From Tubulanus polymorphus (Eukaryota > Animalia > Nemertea), in NCBI RefSeq assembly GCF_964204645.1, contig NC_134029.1, positions 15,122,950 to 15,186,949 on the forward strand: a DNA stretch of 64,000 nt, written 5' to 3'. A program made the position numbers and the translations under genes. The notes below the pieces were generated by a model, which saw nothing but the letters and a program-made list of their open reading frames with translations, had not been told where the DNA came from and searched no databases. Of the stretch, positions 60,525 through 64,000 are shown piece after piece (positions within the stretch are counted from its first letter, which is position 1; the number at the start of each line of letters is the position of its first letter).

Positions 60525-62391
60525 AACATTAAGCTTTCAATTTAATGACATCACATATTTTTCATGGGGCTTAAAACAATTAAAATCGGTATTAATGAGT
60601 TCAGAAATGTGATGAACTTACATTTCATTTCATTGCATATAATGAATATATCAAGAACTATCATGCAAGTGGTCAATGAATAAACTTACTAGTGATGAAC
60701 TTAAACTTAATAAAATAACTAGGTCAATAATTCAAAACATCTAAGTATGCGAGTAAAAATCCCCTAGGTAAAAATCCCCAATTCTTCAAAGTAGGTAATC
60801 CCCTCTTTTTGAAGGGATTATAAGTAGATACAATCTTAAGGTCAATGAATTCGTATTGTTGATACCTATATCCAATTTATTCATATTTTACTGTCGAACA
60901 GGGATATCAATATGCCCATACAAACTATGCTATTTAAATTAAAACATACTACAAATAAACGTTTCATTGTTACTAAATTAGTACATATACATGTAGTGAT
61001 TGTACAGCTTAGTAAAGGGGTTCGTCACATTTCAAATATATTACACTAGCTTGAATCTAAAATATTTAATATCAAAAGTACGTTATTTCTAATAGTTCAT
61101 GGCATCGCACAGCTGAAATATACCGAAAGTTAACAAGAGTCCGCAGTTCAAAAATATTCCAGTTCGAATCTTAAGATATTACAAATAAAAGTTTAATACT
61201 CTTATTAATTCTTACAATTTATTTTATCCGTAAGAATTTATCGCAACGAAAGATTTCATTTAAAAGTTCAAACATATTTCAGTCTCATTGCAAATTCGAG
61301 AAACATCGTGCTTTGAAATGTTCTTGACAATCACCAAGTATGAATATTTGGGGGATTTTTACCAGGGTATGTTTACCATGTTTAATTAGGGTTTAGATTT
61401 TTTAGATTTCTACATAGGAAATCTTTACCAGGGGATCTTTTTTGAACGGATGAAGGTATTTTGAAGGAGATATTCTGGGGGATTTTCAATTGTCATATCT
61501 AGCTACGGTAGATACTTTTCTTATTGATTATTCGCTACGATACTTATTACATATCACACAAGTCCGCGTATACGCTAGAATCAATACTGTTAGCAAAAAT
61601 CACTAAGATTCGCAATTTGCTCATTTTGTAATATTTTTGAAATCGTCCAATTTTATTGCAGAGATTCCCCGATATATCACGAGTAATGAAACAGATATCA
61701 GTATAAACGTAGATTTTTCTTTTATTTTGAAATCCATAGAAACATTGGAACCTAATGTTATTGAGCATAAAGCTCCCGACCCTCCCTGCATTTATACATC
61801 GAGAAATCCAACTCGACTATAATAGGCTCTAACGTCACTGAGTCATTACGTTAATTGTGAGGTGTTTATACATAATAGTTACATGAGCAATTCATGCGGT
61901 GGGATCATAATCGGGAAAGATCTGCCTTAAACACTTTATCGCCTTAGGGAGTTTGAGCTTCTCGATAAAATTCCCCAAAAATAATTCAAAATCGCCCTAT
62001 CCAATATCTAAAGGCCATTCGAAGCAATATATTTTGTCAATTCTTTTTGAATTTATTCATAATTAATAACCTATTCTTAATAGTAATGATTTTATTATTA
62101 GGAATCTGATCTAATATATTTCTCGTTGTATAACGTAGCTGTCGGATTTACGAGCAATTATCTCATTAATGAGATGATCGCTCGTAGGTCGGATGGATGG
62201 ACGTATTGGTGTGTACCGGTTTACAGTGTCTTTAATCAAAGATTCCATTTGATATCTGTCGTATTTCTATGAAAGAGTACAAACAGAAATATAAACCCCT
62301 ATGCAGGGTACAAATCAGAAGTTAAAACTAGGAAAATGGCTAATTTGCAAACAAAAAAGGGAAAGATTTCTCTCAACAATCATGACCCACA

Positions 62392-62600
62392 TAAGCCGCG
62401 ATCACACGGAGACGATTTGGCCCGGGCCAAATAAGCACCGATCAGGCTCGGGCCAAATTTGGTAATTAGAGAGTGCGTTCACACGCAAACCATTCACTAG
62501 ATACCAAACAATGCTCAAACAGAGCGAAGTGGATCATTTACGGTGCTAGATGCAATTCAAACGCAGTCATTTGTTTGGTACACGGTGTGATCGCGGCTAT
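62392..62600. mobile_element. MITE (Harbinger-like)
   Basis: TAAGCCGCGATCACAC...GTGTGATCGCGGCT inverted termini. Confidence 0.6.
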
Positions 62601-63423
62601 AGAGACGATTTGTCGGGGCTAAATTGGCTCGAATCAGGTCTGCCTTAAATTGTACGTATGGCTTACCAAAGAGCGCGCAGATTTTCATGTTCAAATTCAT
62701 TTCACATTCAAATTCAAACCCATTCATTCGTTACTAAACAATGCTTAAACCATGGAATCTAAAACGAATCCATACTTAAACCAAGCGAAGTTACTGTCTT
62801 CCAGAACCAGTTTAAATCAACACGCTTAATTTGACTCAGGTCTGGTCCGTCGTTTTTGGTCGGGCAATTAGGCACGGGTCCATTTTGCGCCCATTACTGT
62901 TTTTTTCGCCGGATCTCTCCGTCCCTACACCTTTTAACTTGAATTTTATCATCACGTATTTAAATTTCGATTCTTGTGTTAATTTTATACTCATGCAAAG
63001 CACACTGATTACAATTTGCAGCAGTGCGCTATATAATGAAATAAGTAATATTGATTGTTAATATCAATATCAAGTGTGAATTTGCAGTTGTAAAATAATT
63101 GATTTGATTAACAGTATAATTTGATCTAGACCTCCCAGCGTCAATCAATGAAGAAAAAATTTAACTTGTCAAAGACTCAAGATCAAGTAAAGAAAAAGGA
63201 AGATGCATTCTAACAACTGATTGCGATGTGAAGACTATATTAGGCTTATTATTAGAACCTGCACTACAGCTATTCAACTTTCTATAAATCATTCGTCGCA
63301 GACCCTCAAATACCGTGTACATTATCACTCAAACTGCCTAAATATGTCTGGTGTCGTCGCTATAGTATACTACTTATTAAAACAAATATTACACCAATAT
63401 AATTAATATATATACCTATCATT

Positions 63424-63610
63424 CTAAAAGCTCAGGTTTTTAGCGTTTAGTGGTTTGGAAGAGCATTCATCCCAAAGTCTATATTTCGAATAACAGACCA
63501 GGTCCAGTTTCCTTCGTTTGACATTCGGAGGAACATTCCTCCTGAAGTCGATACTTTGAATATCAGACCTGAAGGTCAAATTCTCTTCGTTTGACCTTGG
63601 GAGGAATATT
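63424..63610 (-). repeat. Inverted partner of the 57110-57451 repeat
   Basis: Direct sequence match in reverse complement. Confidence 0.75.
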
Positions 63611-63629
63611 GTGGAAAAATAGTAAAAAT

Positions 63630-64000
63630 AGTAGAATACCTGTCTATTTGAACTATTGTAACAACAACAAGGCAGAGGCGTTTCAAGCAAGCCGTTGATG
63701 TCTATGGACTACCAAACAAAGTTCGATCCGACCATGGAGGTGAAAATGTAGCCATCGCTGGTTACATGATTATACATCCAGATCGCGGACCTGGAACATT
63801 TATATCTGGGAGAAGCGTTCATAATCAACGCATCGAGCGGCTGTGGAGGGATGTGTTCACACTTTGCCTATCATCATACTTTCACCTATTCTAAAAGCTT
63901 GAGGAGGAAAGTGAATTATCTCCAAAGGACGAAGTAGACAAGCACGTTCACCATTTGGTTTTCATCCCTCGTATTCAAAACAGCATAGATCGCTTCAGAC
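63630..64000 (+). pseudogene. IS3EU/IS481-like eukaryotic DDE transposase fragment
   Basis: Manual translation: [15 protein letters not shown]...[19 protein letters not shown]...F*KLEE; runs off the window. Confidence 0.8.

Noticed and set aside
56849-63406. Short ORFs as host exons
   Set aside because: No recognisable domains or splice-consistent structure; region is MITE-rich

Overview
AT-rich eukaryotic (probably invertebrate animal; inferred from the TE repertoire) repeat-dense region with no recognisable host gene. It is dominated by three related endogenous Polinton/Maverick-type (polintovirus) DNA-virus elements. Element A (6708-23897) has 87-bp perfect TIRs and a CACTAG TSD and sits inside a CR1/L2 LINE. 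Element B (~25544-35149) is divergent, deleted and rearranged. Element C (35625-56372) is in the opposite orientation, has ~475-bp TIRs and a CACTTG TSD, and sits inside a Penelope element. They encode protein-primed PolB, RVE integrase-chromodomain, packaging ATPase, double-jelly-roll capsid, penton, a zinc-finger protein and about 7 putative membrane proteins, but no visible adenain protease. Two things stand out. First, pPolB of A and C carries a ~355-aa LAGLIDADG intein in motif C (YxD|TD), resembling the giant-virus (Mimivirus-type) PolB intein. Second, nearly every gene starts with a T-run plus TAAATG, the poxvirus late-promoter signature. Together these suggest (inference) a helper-virus-dependent, virophage-like polintovirus. 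Around and inside these elements are LINEs, a Gypsy remnant, four Penelope elements or fragments with hammerhead ribozymes, a Helentron-type HINE with cargo, MITEs and an IS3EU-like transposase fragment.
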